Below are positions 23,773 to 35,331 of a stretch of DNA of 64,000 nucleotides, one piece after another. Under the pieces are notes generated by a model. It did no database searches. It worked only from the letters and a program-made list of their open reading frames with translations, and had not been told where the DNA came from. Position 1 is the first letter of the stretch; each line of letters opens with the position of its first letter. The stretch comes from Paraspadella gotoi (Eukaryota > Animalia > Chaetognatha): the NCBI GenBank assembly GCA_051294375.1, contig CM119265.1, positions 5,072,999 to 5,136,998 of the forward strand, read 5' to 3'. The translations under genes were made by a program, and so were the position numbers.

Positions 23773-26109
23773 GTTCTCGATTATTTATTATTTTCTTTTT
23801 GATTCTGTCTCTTGTGGCCGACTGTTTCACCCGTGTTCGGATATATTTTGTTTATATATTGAATCGTGATAATATGTAAGGTTCCAGTTTTTTTATCGAA
23901 TTCGTTCTTTTTTTTTCCTTGCCGCTCATAATTGTCCATCTTTATACTCATTTCTCTGACCCTGAGTTTTTAAGGACATTCAAAAGAACGTAGCCAAAGA
24001 TGATCTCTTGAGGAGGAAGTTCAAAATCTGATTTCACCTGATTCTGATTCACACGATTTGTTTTACCATCGTCTGTCAGTTTAGTAGTGGAGTTTGTTTT
24101 GTTTTGGGTTTTGATTATTATATAATTTAATCTTTTTTCTCTTTCATTAATCGTCACCTCTTTTCTCCAAATCCACTCTCATATCTATTAAAATATGTTT
24201 CAGAATTGACTTTCTCGCTGTCAAGTCAGACCAGCCTCCACGCCGGCTCTGCACGTGTCGTTGTCTTGCGGTTGCCTGTTTGTCTATTCTCTCCCGGCGC
24301 GGTGACTTCTCGACTGGCCCCCACTTTCCTTCTGCCTCGTCTCCTCGGCCTTCTGAGATTTCGTTGCTCTAGGAAGTCGTCCGCGACAGACTCTAGCCGT
24401 GCCATGTTCGTGTCTCTGGAGCGCATTTCAGTAATCGATCCTGTGTGTACGCTCAGACTCACGTTGGTATATAGGACCGCGATTTTGCTCTTGTGTGTAT
24501 ATCGAACGATAGACGCGACAGACGAACGATCATAACGTCGAATGCGAGCGATCATACGTATAAGAGAGATACCACACGCTAATCCAGATACCGATTAACG
24601 ATACCTCCGAGCCGACGCAGAGCAATAATTTTCTCTGATCATACCTCCTCTCTCGAATCTTTGAAGACGAACTACAAGAAGAAGTCCCAAGCAAGAATTT
24701 AGAGATAGGCGAAGGACTTGATTAACACACAAAAAAGTTTCACAAAGACAATTGAAAGGAATCGGTCTCAGCTCTTACGCCTCGCGGCCTCTCACCCGGA
24801 ATCGGTTACTCAGCTTATATTACTCAATAGACTGGGCTATCATTTTGATTCAAGTGAATAGCTAAAAGGGACATAAGGCTTAAAAAACAGAATTGAATGA
24901 ATATGAATATGAACCACCAAACACCAAAGACTCTTGTACAAATATACTTATCGCGGCGATTTCTCATGACGCGTCGAAAGATTATGTAGTATGTCCCCAC
25001 TGATTCACTAATCGCTTTTGCCCCTTAGCCGTATAATCCAAAATAATAATACATCTCGTGAAAAAACACCGTTTATGGTGCAGACACACTTGTTGAACTC
25101 TCCAAGTCTGCTTCTCTCTCACTAAGGCTTGCAAGTTCAATGAGGTTCTTGACGGAGAACCCAGTTAAATGCGTGAAATTACACCCACAGACAGTTCGCC
25201 ACTTTACGCTTCCTTGGCGGTAATAATAGGAAGAGTTCGAAATAATGAACATCGTTTTGATTTTTAGAGCCCGATATCCGTTCAAAGTCGCAAGATATAG
25301 GAGAACTCGGAATCAGATGATTACAATCTGGCTTCGGTAATCCATTATTGGGCAGAAAAGGTTTTTTTTTGCGATTATATAGTGCACCTGACTAGAGCTC
25401 AATGTAGAGTATATGAAATGATGAAAGATGTATTTAATGGTGTGTGTTCTGTGGCCTTTACAGTCTCAGTAGATTTGAAATTAGACAGTAAATAGCTAAG
25501 ATTATAATTCATTGCCCAGAAAAAAGTTGTTTACACTCATATAAGCTTTTATTTACCGTGTCTTCATCCTTTGCAATCATTGATTGAGGATGGTAACTTA
25601 TTAGTGAATTACTATCGCGCTCATGCAGAATGTAAATATAACGTTTGTACATTCATTGTGTAATTTTTCTCTCTTTTCAGGATTGGGATTCCGATTAAGG
25701 GAGAGATAGCAGGATATCGAAAGACGAAGTTTATATTTTACGAACGATTATTATTTACAAGAATATTGGACATGTTTCGACTTCTGATGATATTTTCGAA
25801 GATCGAGAGATATCAATCAGCATGGTTGAACAGTGGGTGTAGTTTATTTCACGGCTCATAACAGTTGATGCCGCATAGAGAGAGCAAAAAAGAGAGAGAG
25901 AGATTGAGAGAGAGAGTTCCAAAAAGGATTGTAGAAAAGGGAACAGTGGTCAGAATTCAGGACAGGTGAGGTAAGGACAGAGAAAGGGGAAATTAAGTTA
26001 TTTGAAGATGTTGAGAAAGAAGAGTGAATGTAGAAGAGAGGAGTGAGTAGACAAAGATTATATGTTTAGTTTGATATTGAGTGATACTACACAAAGAACG
26101 TGAAAATGA

Positions 26110-26298
26110 AAACAATTGAGCGGAAGTAAGAACTTAAATTGGGAGCGCCTCCCTGCGTTTTTTATTTTTTAAATAAATGCGAACGGCACGGGGTAGGCGG
26201 TTGAGTTGCGTTGAATTGATGGGGAAACCAAATGAGACGCTTTGGTGATATGGCGTGACGCAACCTTCTTTTCGATGGTCTCTGCCTCTCTCTCTTCT

Positions 26299-26349
<51 letters not shown>

Positions 26350-27413
26350 CTACTTCTGCTCGCTCTCTCTCTCTCTTCTCTCTCTCTCTCCTTTTTTCAG
26401 CAATTAATTTATATCTAACGTGCCAAAAAAGCAGAATTTAACGCTCGAGTTCTTCCGTTCGAAAATTTCAATCTCGGTTGGAGTCGCAGCGCGTTCGTTA
26501 ATTTCTGCGTAACGCCTTTTGTTTTTTTCCAACTCTTTTTTTTTCACTTCCCCTCGACCGACGAGCATCGCCGATCCGCCGCCAGGCGTCGCGCGCCCCC
26601 GAATTCGGGGAACTAAATGAGAACCCATAAAAATTCTATCGAGGCGCGGATTGGCGCCCGAGGTTGGGGCGGACGCGGCGCGAGGGGATGGACGCCGGCA
26701 ATGTCGCCGGCCGTGACGCCGCTTGGGGATCTTTCCATCGAGTCCGACGAGCGAAACTTGACGATACCTCATTACGGAATAGGAAATACATTGTGAAACC
26801 AATTAAGAAAAAGATTTGGAATCTCATTTGCATTTTAAGACTGACTTCGCGAATCCGCTGTTCCGTGCATTTTTTGTGTCGGATGGATTGAAATTGTCTG
26901 GGCTTAAGAAAAGAGAATATCATATTGAAGGTTATTAACCAAATTTAATTACCTAATTTTTTTGTCTTTTTCACGGGCTTATGAAGTGAAGGCGTGAAAA
27001 AGCGCGAGAAACGCAATCTATCTGAAACTTCTCAGTTTTAAAAAAAATTTCATAAGGATTGTTTTCAAGATTTTAAAAAATTATATAATGACAAACTTTG
27101 AATTTGTAGTTTCAACGAGAGTTCCTGACTTGCAGGTTCATTATTATCTGCCTCGCTCTGTTCCTTTCATCAAACATCGTCATTCTTTTAGGGTTTAACC
27201 TTTTTTTAAGTTTTTTTTACCAAGAAAGTCACTTTAGAAATAGTTCCTTCTCACTTACAATCCCACTCCCAGCTCCCCATAACCCCAGCCCCCCCCCCTT
27301 CTTTCTCATTTTTTTTTAATCTTCGCCCTCGAATTGGTTTCGGTGTCTCAATCGACGCCCACGAGACTTTTAATAAACGGAAGCGGCGCTGGGAGTCTGG
27401 CGCTGATCTGAAT

Positions 27414-27447
<34 letters not shown>

Positions 27448-28460
27448 AGGGGGAATCTTAGGAAGCACGTAGAGAACAAAGCCCAAGAGTCTCGTTCAGC
27501 GTCTCTCTCATCCTTCTCTCTACTCTCTCTCTCGTCCTCTACTCTCTCTCCTTCTCGTCTCTCTACTCTCTCAATCTTCCTCCTCTCTCTTTCTCTCTAT
27601 ATTACCTCCGATGTGGGCAGCATCCGGGGCTGTACGAAGGGTTTTTTGAAAGACCTCGCGGCGGGAATCGAACGCTCGCATCCTGGATCTCGACAAGTAC
27701 CAGTCGAGCCCAGACGCAGGCGGGAGTAGTGACAGACGAGGGAATGCGGAGCAGTGGGAGGGGGGGGGCGAGATGTACAGAGCGCTTCCATCGAATTATG
27801 GAGAGGAAAACAAACAAAAAATGCACGGAACACGGATTCGAAGTCAGTCTATAAAATGCAAATGAGATTCCCAAATCGTTTCTTTAATTTGTTTCACAAT
27901 GTATTTCCTATTCCGTAATGAGGTATCGTCAAGTTTCGCTCGTCGGACTCGATGGAAAGATCCCCAAGCGGCGTCACGGCCGGCGACATTGCCGGCGTCA
28001 TCCCCTCGCGCCGCGTCGCCCCAACTCGATGGCGCCATCCGCGCCTCGATAGAATTTTTATGGGTTCTCATTTAGTTCCCGAATTCGGGGGCGCGCGACC
28101 CTGGCGGCGGATCGGCGATGCTCGTCGGTCGAGGGGAAGTGAAAAAAAAAAGTTGGAAAAACAAAAGGCGTTTACGACATGAAATTACGACGCGCGACTC
28201 CAACCGAGATTGAAATTTTCGAACGGAAGAACTCGAGCGTTAAACAAATCTGCTTTTTTGGCACGTTAGATATAATTAATTGGCTTGAAAAAAGGAGAGA
28301 GAGAGAGAGAGAGAGAGAGAGGCAGAGACAAAAAAAAAAGGTTTGCGTCAGCGCCAATCAAGCGTCTCATTTGTTTCCATCAAATTCACCAACTCACGCG
28401 GCGCCGTTCGCTTTTTTAAAATAAAAAGAGAGAGGCGCCCTACTTTCCTCATTGTTTGTC
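26110..28460. repeat. Structure C-B-rc(C): the same core B (26878-27813) between different inverted arms
   Basis: 26878-27813 is a direct copy of 19345-20244. 27814-28460 is the reverse complement of ~26110-26877. Junctions are GCATTTTT-TGT|GTCGGA and AACAA|ACA-AAAAATGC. Confidence 0.85.
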
Positions 28461-28874
28461 GTCTTTTAAATAAATTTAGTTTGTATTTTGGTTAGAAGGC
28501 TAAAGTACCATGAGACCTTTACCGCTTGCATATTGTATCATACTTGTTGGCAGTCATATGATCTTTTTTAAAGCCGATCTCAATGACTCTAAAAATTAAA
28601 TTCGGATTAACTCATCAATACTGAGTATTTTAGTTAAAATTAATTTAGCCAAAAAGATATATATATATTTATTTATATAGTAAATTATATAAATACTTGC
28701 AAAATAATAGTCAATGGTTACAAATGATATGGCATATTTGTATAACTATTTGGTTGTTGTCGGTTGAAAATTCTTGCTACGTAGTACCAGCCTAGGCGTA
28801 CGGCCAACTCATAGAATGTCAATTCCAAATAGAGTTAAATATATATTTATACGACCACACTATACGCTTCATAA

Positions 28875-30413
28875 CAACAGAAATGTCGGACTAAATGTCT
28901 AAGACACACAATACACTACTTTTGGTTCCAATTCTACTGTACCCACCAATAAGAAATTTTAGTCCAGTTCACTGCGCTGGTCCAGCTGGCAACACTATAT
29001 GAGTTACCGTTCTTGAGTCTTTTTTTTCTTCCTTTTTATTTTTATTTTTCCTTTACCCTTATGATTGTTTCTCGTCCTTTCCGCGCAAACACCCCTGGGA
29101 ATGACTCGGGTTCTTGAAGTCCCACTTCGGAGTATTGGGCCCCGAGAAGTGAGAGTCTTTGGACGAGGAGGGCGGCTGGTAAGGAGGCTCCCCGCGGAAC
29201 CTCGGGCTTCGAAGAAAACCCAATTCGAGTTTGCCTGGGTATGATATGATAAGAAAATAACACATAATTTGTTACTACTCTTTCCAAAAACACGAAATAC
29301 TCATACGAGTACAAAGAAAATAAAAAAAAAAAAGAAATTAAACCCTACATCTCAGTCGGTGCGACTACAAAAAAACCAGCCATCGACATTCCTCGAAATG
29401 AATAAGGGAATGCGGCTCCTGAATGTATTTTCTTCCCGGGAGACTTGAGCTCTTCATACCTCTTGCTTCACCACAAGTCAAGAGGGCAGTGGCAGAAATA
29501 AAGTCAACATTCATCTTTTGATATTTTTATCCACAACAAACGCTCGAGTCCGTCTCCTCTCGACTATCTCGACTCCACCGCCCCTCTCCTTCTAAGAGCT
29601 CTACTCCCTCTCTCAACTGTTATTCTCTTGAGGAGAGAAGACGTTCGCAATGTATATGACTTCCGAGCGGATAACTCTTTCCTTTCGTATAGTGTCTGAA
29701 GATTTTTTGTTTGTCTCGTCTCTCGAACGGTCTTGTTAGATTAGATTACTTTAAATTTGTTATCGGTTCTAACGCGCCTTCTATTCGGGGTATTAACTAT
29801 ATTCTTAAGACAGAAAAAGACGCCCGTGGAGAAAGGAGTCAAATGAAACACCTCAGTCCTCACCGCGTAAAGCGCCCGGGGACTTTTTCCTTGAAAGGGT
29901 TTTATGCATAAATTTCCCACTCTTCTTCAATGCGGATACGCTCGAGTCATATTCTCACAGCACGGAGAGAGAAAGGTGTACAGGGCCGCTCGTGTAAAAC
30001 AGCGTGAGCGTTCATGCACGTAGCGTCAGCCAGCTCTTATCGTAACAACATAGCCGATCCGCGCTAGGCATACTTGTTGACTCGTTGATTATACAGGACG
30101 TGCTCTCAATCTCGTCTGTTAAGATTGTGGCGAAGCGAGGGTTCTGTGTACTGAATCTGATAAACAAAAAAAATATTACAAGAAGAGAATCACAATATTA
30201 AAAAACTCGAGTAAAATCATTTCAGCTGCGACTAAGTGGCTCTCCCAGCAAGTAAATTCTGGGTTTGTTGGAAACGTTGAGAGAGAGAGAGAGAGAGAGA
30301 GAGCAGAGGAGGCAGAGTAGAGATAGCGAGGAGAGATGTAGATGAGGGAGGCAGAAGAGAGAGAGAGAGATGATAGGATAATCAAGTAGTGTTTGATTAA
30401 GAATTTCAAGACT
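28875..30413 (+). repeat. Insertion-laden noisy direct copy of ~16975-17790
   Basis: Shared anchors in the same order: AATGTCGGACTAA, CTCGAAATGAATAA, ATGTATTT-CTTCCCGGG, GGCAGTGGCAGAAATAA, TTGTTGGAA-ACGTTGAGAG. About twice the length because of scattered insertions; ends at a 25-N gap. Confidence 0.75.
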
Positions 30414-30613
30414 NNNNNNNNNNNNNNNNNNNNNNNNNGCGCGTTGGCGTTGGCGTTGGCGGCCGTAATGCGGACGAAAAGCCAATGAGAAAAAGCTAGA
30501 GGGCGATGATCGGAGCGAAGAAACAGCGGGTTTCCCACCTTTTCATTCTCTTTGGTTCACGGCGTTGAGAGAGAGAAGAAGCAGAGATGAGAGAGAGAGA
30601 GAGAAGAGGAGAT

Positions 30614-30645
<32 letters not shown>

Positions 30646-30879
30646 CGGAGCATATGGTTGACTCCTCCACTACTCGACGCTGATTGGTCCAGCCGCGGAC
30701 CAGCTGCGGACTTCCTCGGCGGCCGGAGTTAAGTCTCGCTCCCTGATTCGCTCGTCTGCGCCGAAGGAAAGAGGATTCTCTTTCCTTTCTCTCTCTGTTT
30801 TCGCTCCTCTTTTCGATCCTCATTCGCGGGCCTAACTCTCGGATATTTCGGTGAGGAAATTTTTTGATTTCTCGTGAGA

Positions 30880-32460
30880 AAATAACTTTTTCTCAAGTGT
30901 GCCAATTTTCAAAATAAGGGGGAAAAAACTACTTTGAACGCTTTGCCAATTTTTTTTCATATAGCATAGCATAGCATTGAATTAAAAAAAAGTAAAATAA
31001 TTTTTTTTTCATGAGCATCGGGCCTTCCATGAAATTATTATGTCCCAAATTAAAAGTTTAAAAATGTAATTTAAATGAAAATAAAAATATTCAAGGTATT
31101 TTTTTTCCTATAATCATTAAATAATAATTATGCTTAGCCTTAACCAGGTTACTTCTTCTTTGGCCAGGTCTGACTCTGTGCAAGTTCACTGTCTTTTGTC
31201 TGGGAATGACTGAAAGTGTTTAGAGAGGTTCGCATTCGAAAAGGCCCCACGGACAAAAGTAAAACAAAAGTTTCTTCAAATAATGACATCCAGACTGTTT
31301 TTATTCAGTGTTATCCAATTGGTAACTGTCTGTTAAGAAAAGTTTACTGCCTCTATACCAGATCAAAAAAACTTTAATTCATTTATAATGAATATGCGCA
31401 TAAGTATTGGGACTATTTATGCGATAGCTAAATTTAAAAATTGAATAAAGAAAACTTCCTGTAGTTATTATCATAAAAGCAAATTGTTGAAAACCAAAAT
31501 TTTTAGTGAATTTTTTAAAAAATTTTAAATAATATATTTTTTATATTATTCAAATATTTTTATAATAGACAGTCGACAGTAAGAAACTACCTCATATTTA
31601 TCTCCAGAGCTTTATAATGCATGTAATCCCTTATTTTTTAAAATTTAACAAGTGTTGCTCTATTAATTTTTAATTGATTAATGATTAATTATTGAATAAA
31701 TAGCAACCATTTTGGTTTCTGGCTTAATGATTCAATCGCTCACAACTTTCAAATAATAAAATTTTAAATATCAAATTAATTAGCATGTTTTATATATTTA
31801 TTTATAGTTTATTTTTTTATTAATCATATTTATCCAAATGAAATTTAATAATTTATATTCATTTAAAATATTTTACAATTTGTAATTAAAAATTTTAAAG
31901 TTAAAAAAAGCAAAGGAAAATTAATATATAAATTGATTCAAATAGGAGTATCATTATAATGGTAAGAACTTAATCTTTGACAGATCTCAGATAATAACAC
32001 TTAATAACACAGTTCTGCACAATTTATGTAAAAGTTAACCGACAGTACCCATTGGGACACTGTATGTATGGTTAACACGAAGGTTAAGTTCTTACTATTA
32101 AAATTATTAATATACGTAATTGGACTTTCATTCCATTATTATCGGACTCAGTCTTTTTTGAATTTACATTTGTTAATTGGAGAAATAAGCTAAAAATAGC
32201 AAACAAGTATGAAAGAGATACATTATTATTGCCGTTATTGCATGAATTTTTTCAAAAATTTGTTTATATAACTTTTTTAATTATTTTTTCAAGGCATGAT
32301 AAAATTGCCAAAAAATATATTACAATAAATATAAAATAGGTACAACCAATATAAAAAATTATCCATACATTTGATAAATCTTATAATACTTTGTTATTTG
32401 ATTAATAAAAGGATATTATTGTAAAAGAGTTGAAAAGCAAAAAACTAAGAGGAAACTTAG
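30880..32460. mobile_element. AT-rich island, possible decayed non-autonomous DNA transposon
   Basis: Abrupt drop in GC and CpG relative to the flanks. Imperfect hairpin at 32034-32076 next to GGTTAA (32082-32087), resembling a TTAA-type transposon end. No matching second TIR found. Confidence 0.3.
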
Positions 32461-33101
32461 GTAGAGAGAGAGGAAAAAGAGCCTGAGCGGTATTCGAGGA
32501 GTCATCGCACCCACCGCCGTCGGTGGCGCCAGCGTCGATTATCGGACGCTTTTTATCTTTCCCGGAAAATCGCGAGAGAAACTGGAATTCAGGGGGCGAA
32601 TCGGGGGGGGAAGATTCCCGCGGAGCTTTTGTCGCTGCTTTTTGTTGTTCTCGTTAGGGAGAGGAGGATGAAGATTAGTGAGAGATAATTTGATTAGCTT
32701 GTTTCGATGATTATTTAATGCCATTAAAAAAAAATAACACGTTAAACGTATTGCAGGATGGAATTGCTAAAGACGGAGGCAAGGTGCGAGCAAAAAGGAA
32801 AAAAGGAAAGTGGCTCGGTGCCGTGCTGTAAATTACTCTAGCAAGCAATATAAACAATTTTAAATAAGATTGAAAAATAACATGAAAGAAAAAAAAATTA
32901 TAATTCAAAACAAACTCAACCTCTCACAACGAAAGAGATGACAAAAGGCATCCTGTCGACAGACGGGATTATGTACGAGGAATGAACGACCAAACATCCC
33001 GGGTGAAGCGATTCGCCAACAAAAGAACAAGAAGAAATATATGGGACGGCGAGAGGGCGGCGTCCGTTTAAATATCTTTTGCGTTTATATAGAAGCCAAC
33101 G

Positions 33102-33105
<4 letters not shown>

Positions 33106-33186
<81 letters not shown>
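33106..33186 (+). repeat. (CT)n microsatellite
   Basis: Perfect CT run. Confidence 0.97.
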
Positions 33187-33189
<3 letters not shown>

Positions 33190-34060
33190 GCTCTTCGTGG
33201 AATCAATTAGCGCCTCAAGAGCCCCTGGCGGAAGGCCACTGAACTTTGGGAAGGGAACCGATTTCCCGCAGTGCACCAAAACAAAAGACGCGGGTTTGGG
33301 GTCGTGGATGACGTGAGTTGGCGCTGGATTGTGCTGGATGGCGTTGGATGGCGTTGGATGGCGTGGAATTATGGGAGAAGGCGTGTGTTGGAAAATAGAA
33401 AGGGACGTGAGTTTTTTTTTTCACTCACGTTTTTAACATGATTGAATAAAAAAAATAGATAACTAATGAAATTTCTCACATGGTTTTTTTTTTTTTTTAG
33501 ATTCACTTTTCTCTTTCCTCTTTATTTATTTTTCCTTCCTTTTCTCTCTATTTTTTTCTCGCTTGAAAAGATGACGTTTTATGATTGATGTCACTCGAAG
33601 CTTCGGTCAGTTTATCGACGACGACGACGACGACGACGACGCACAACTCCCCCTCATCCTTGCGAATCGTTCTTCCGCGATCTCGAATGTCTAATGTTTA
33701 TTGTCCGATGTCCGTTCATAAACATCGCCTTGGAGCGAGAAAGTCGAAAGTCTCTCGGAAATATAAATGATAAATGATAAAAAACATAAAACATTAATTG
33801 CAGGAAAAAATTTATAAAAACAATTATCCGTCTCTATTTTGTGTTAAATAAAAATTGACCACGAGGACCCGCGGGATCAAACCTTTGAGATGGAACCTAA
33901 ATGGGAATCATGAGCGGAAAGCAAAAACCTTGTTTACTGTTTAGATGTTGGTTGGTTAATGGTTAGTTTCGTTTTTTTTTCTCCGGTCAGAATTAATCGC
34001 TCGTTGGTGAACCAAAAAAAAAGAACATAAAACGANNNNNNNNNNNNNNNNNNNNNNNNN

Positions 34061-35295
34061 CTCTCTCTCTCTCTCTCCTCTTCTCTCTCTCTTCTCCTCT
34101 CTCACGTACGCGGCGAGAGGGAGAGATCCAGTCCAATTGAATCCGAAACCGAAAAAAATCAACGTGAGATGTGGATACGATCTTCTTCGCTTCCTGCCTT
34201 CGTCTCTTCAGCTCCTTCTTCAACTTCTCTCTCCCGCCCTCCCGAACTCTCCTCCTCCTCCCAGCTTCCACTCTCCTCCATCTCCCAGCCCTCTCTCCCT
34301 CCTCGCCGACGGATTATACTTTTTTCCGATGGGAGCATTCGCTGCCGATTTTTTATATTCAAGGCTCGTCGTTCGTGTCGTCGTTCGTCGTCGGTTCGAA
34401 TTTATCATCTCAAAATCCGCGTGTCTTTGAGATAACGGGGAAGGTTATCCATTCTATACAGAATACTTTTTTCGTGGTCGTTGACGGATGCGTGTAATCG
34501 TTTCGAGTGAGAGAATGATCAAAGAGGACAGAGAGGAAGAGGTGCCGATGAGCGAAGACAGACGTGCGAGTCTCGGCGAGCAGGTCCGCGCAGCAGCGCA
34601 GAGCGGGAGGAAATTTGAGTTTCGTTTCGGACACGAGACCGTCTGGTCGAGAGTCCCACTCGAGAGAAGAGAGCGACCTCGTCGGTTCGGAGTCGTCGTT
34701 CGTCGGCCCAGGACTGATAATCCAACAGGGTTTTTCTTTCCATGTGAGCTAACTAGAGATTTCACAAAAAGGATGTTTTGGCCAGTTTAACCCATTGAAG
34801 TATAAGAAATAATAATATTAAGTAAACCCTTTCTCTCGCGATTAAACTACCTTGACATAAATACTAATTTATTTTTTTCATTCAATCTCATCTGAGTTTA
34901 TGATTTGCCAAATTCTTTTTTTTTTGCTGTATTATCAATCCAATTGAACTAAGGTAATAACCTCGACTGCATTCAGTTCTCTGTTTAGTCTTTTTGTAAA
35001 TATTAGAAACTCACGTGATTAAATATAATCCTAATCATAAAAATTAAGAAAAAACATTTACGGAATAAGTAAATTATTTAATTTAAAAAAACAAATTATT
35101 GCATAGTTTACGTTTAATTGAGGTCTTTTATTATCAATTCGAGGTTCTTGAAACCTCTGGATAAAAGAGTATAAATTCCAAGCAACAAAAAAAAGAAGAA
35201 AAATTGGAGCGTTTCCAAGAGAATTACCTAAAGACAAATTTTCAGTTCTGAAACGAGGCGCGAAGCCAAGGCCTTCCGACGGTTGTCTCGTCGTC

Positions 35296-35331
<36 letters not shown>

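Noticed and set aside
34400-34790. Apparent unique coding-like segment (ORF 34488-34790)
   Set aside because: It aligns as an insertion-expanded noisy version of rc(49620-49780), so it is a read-error product.
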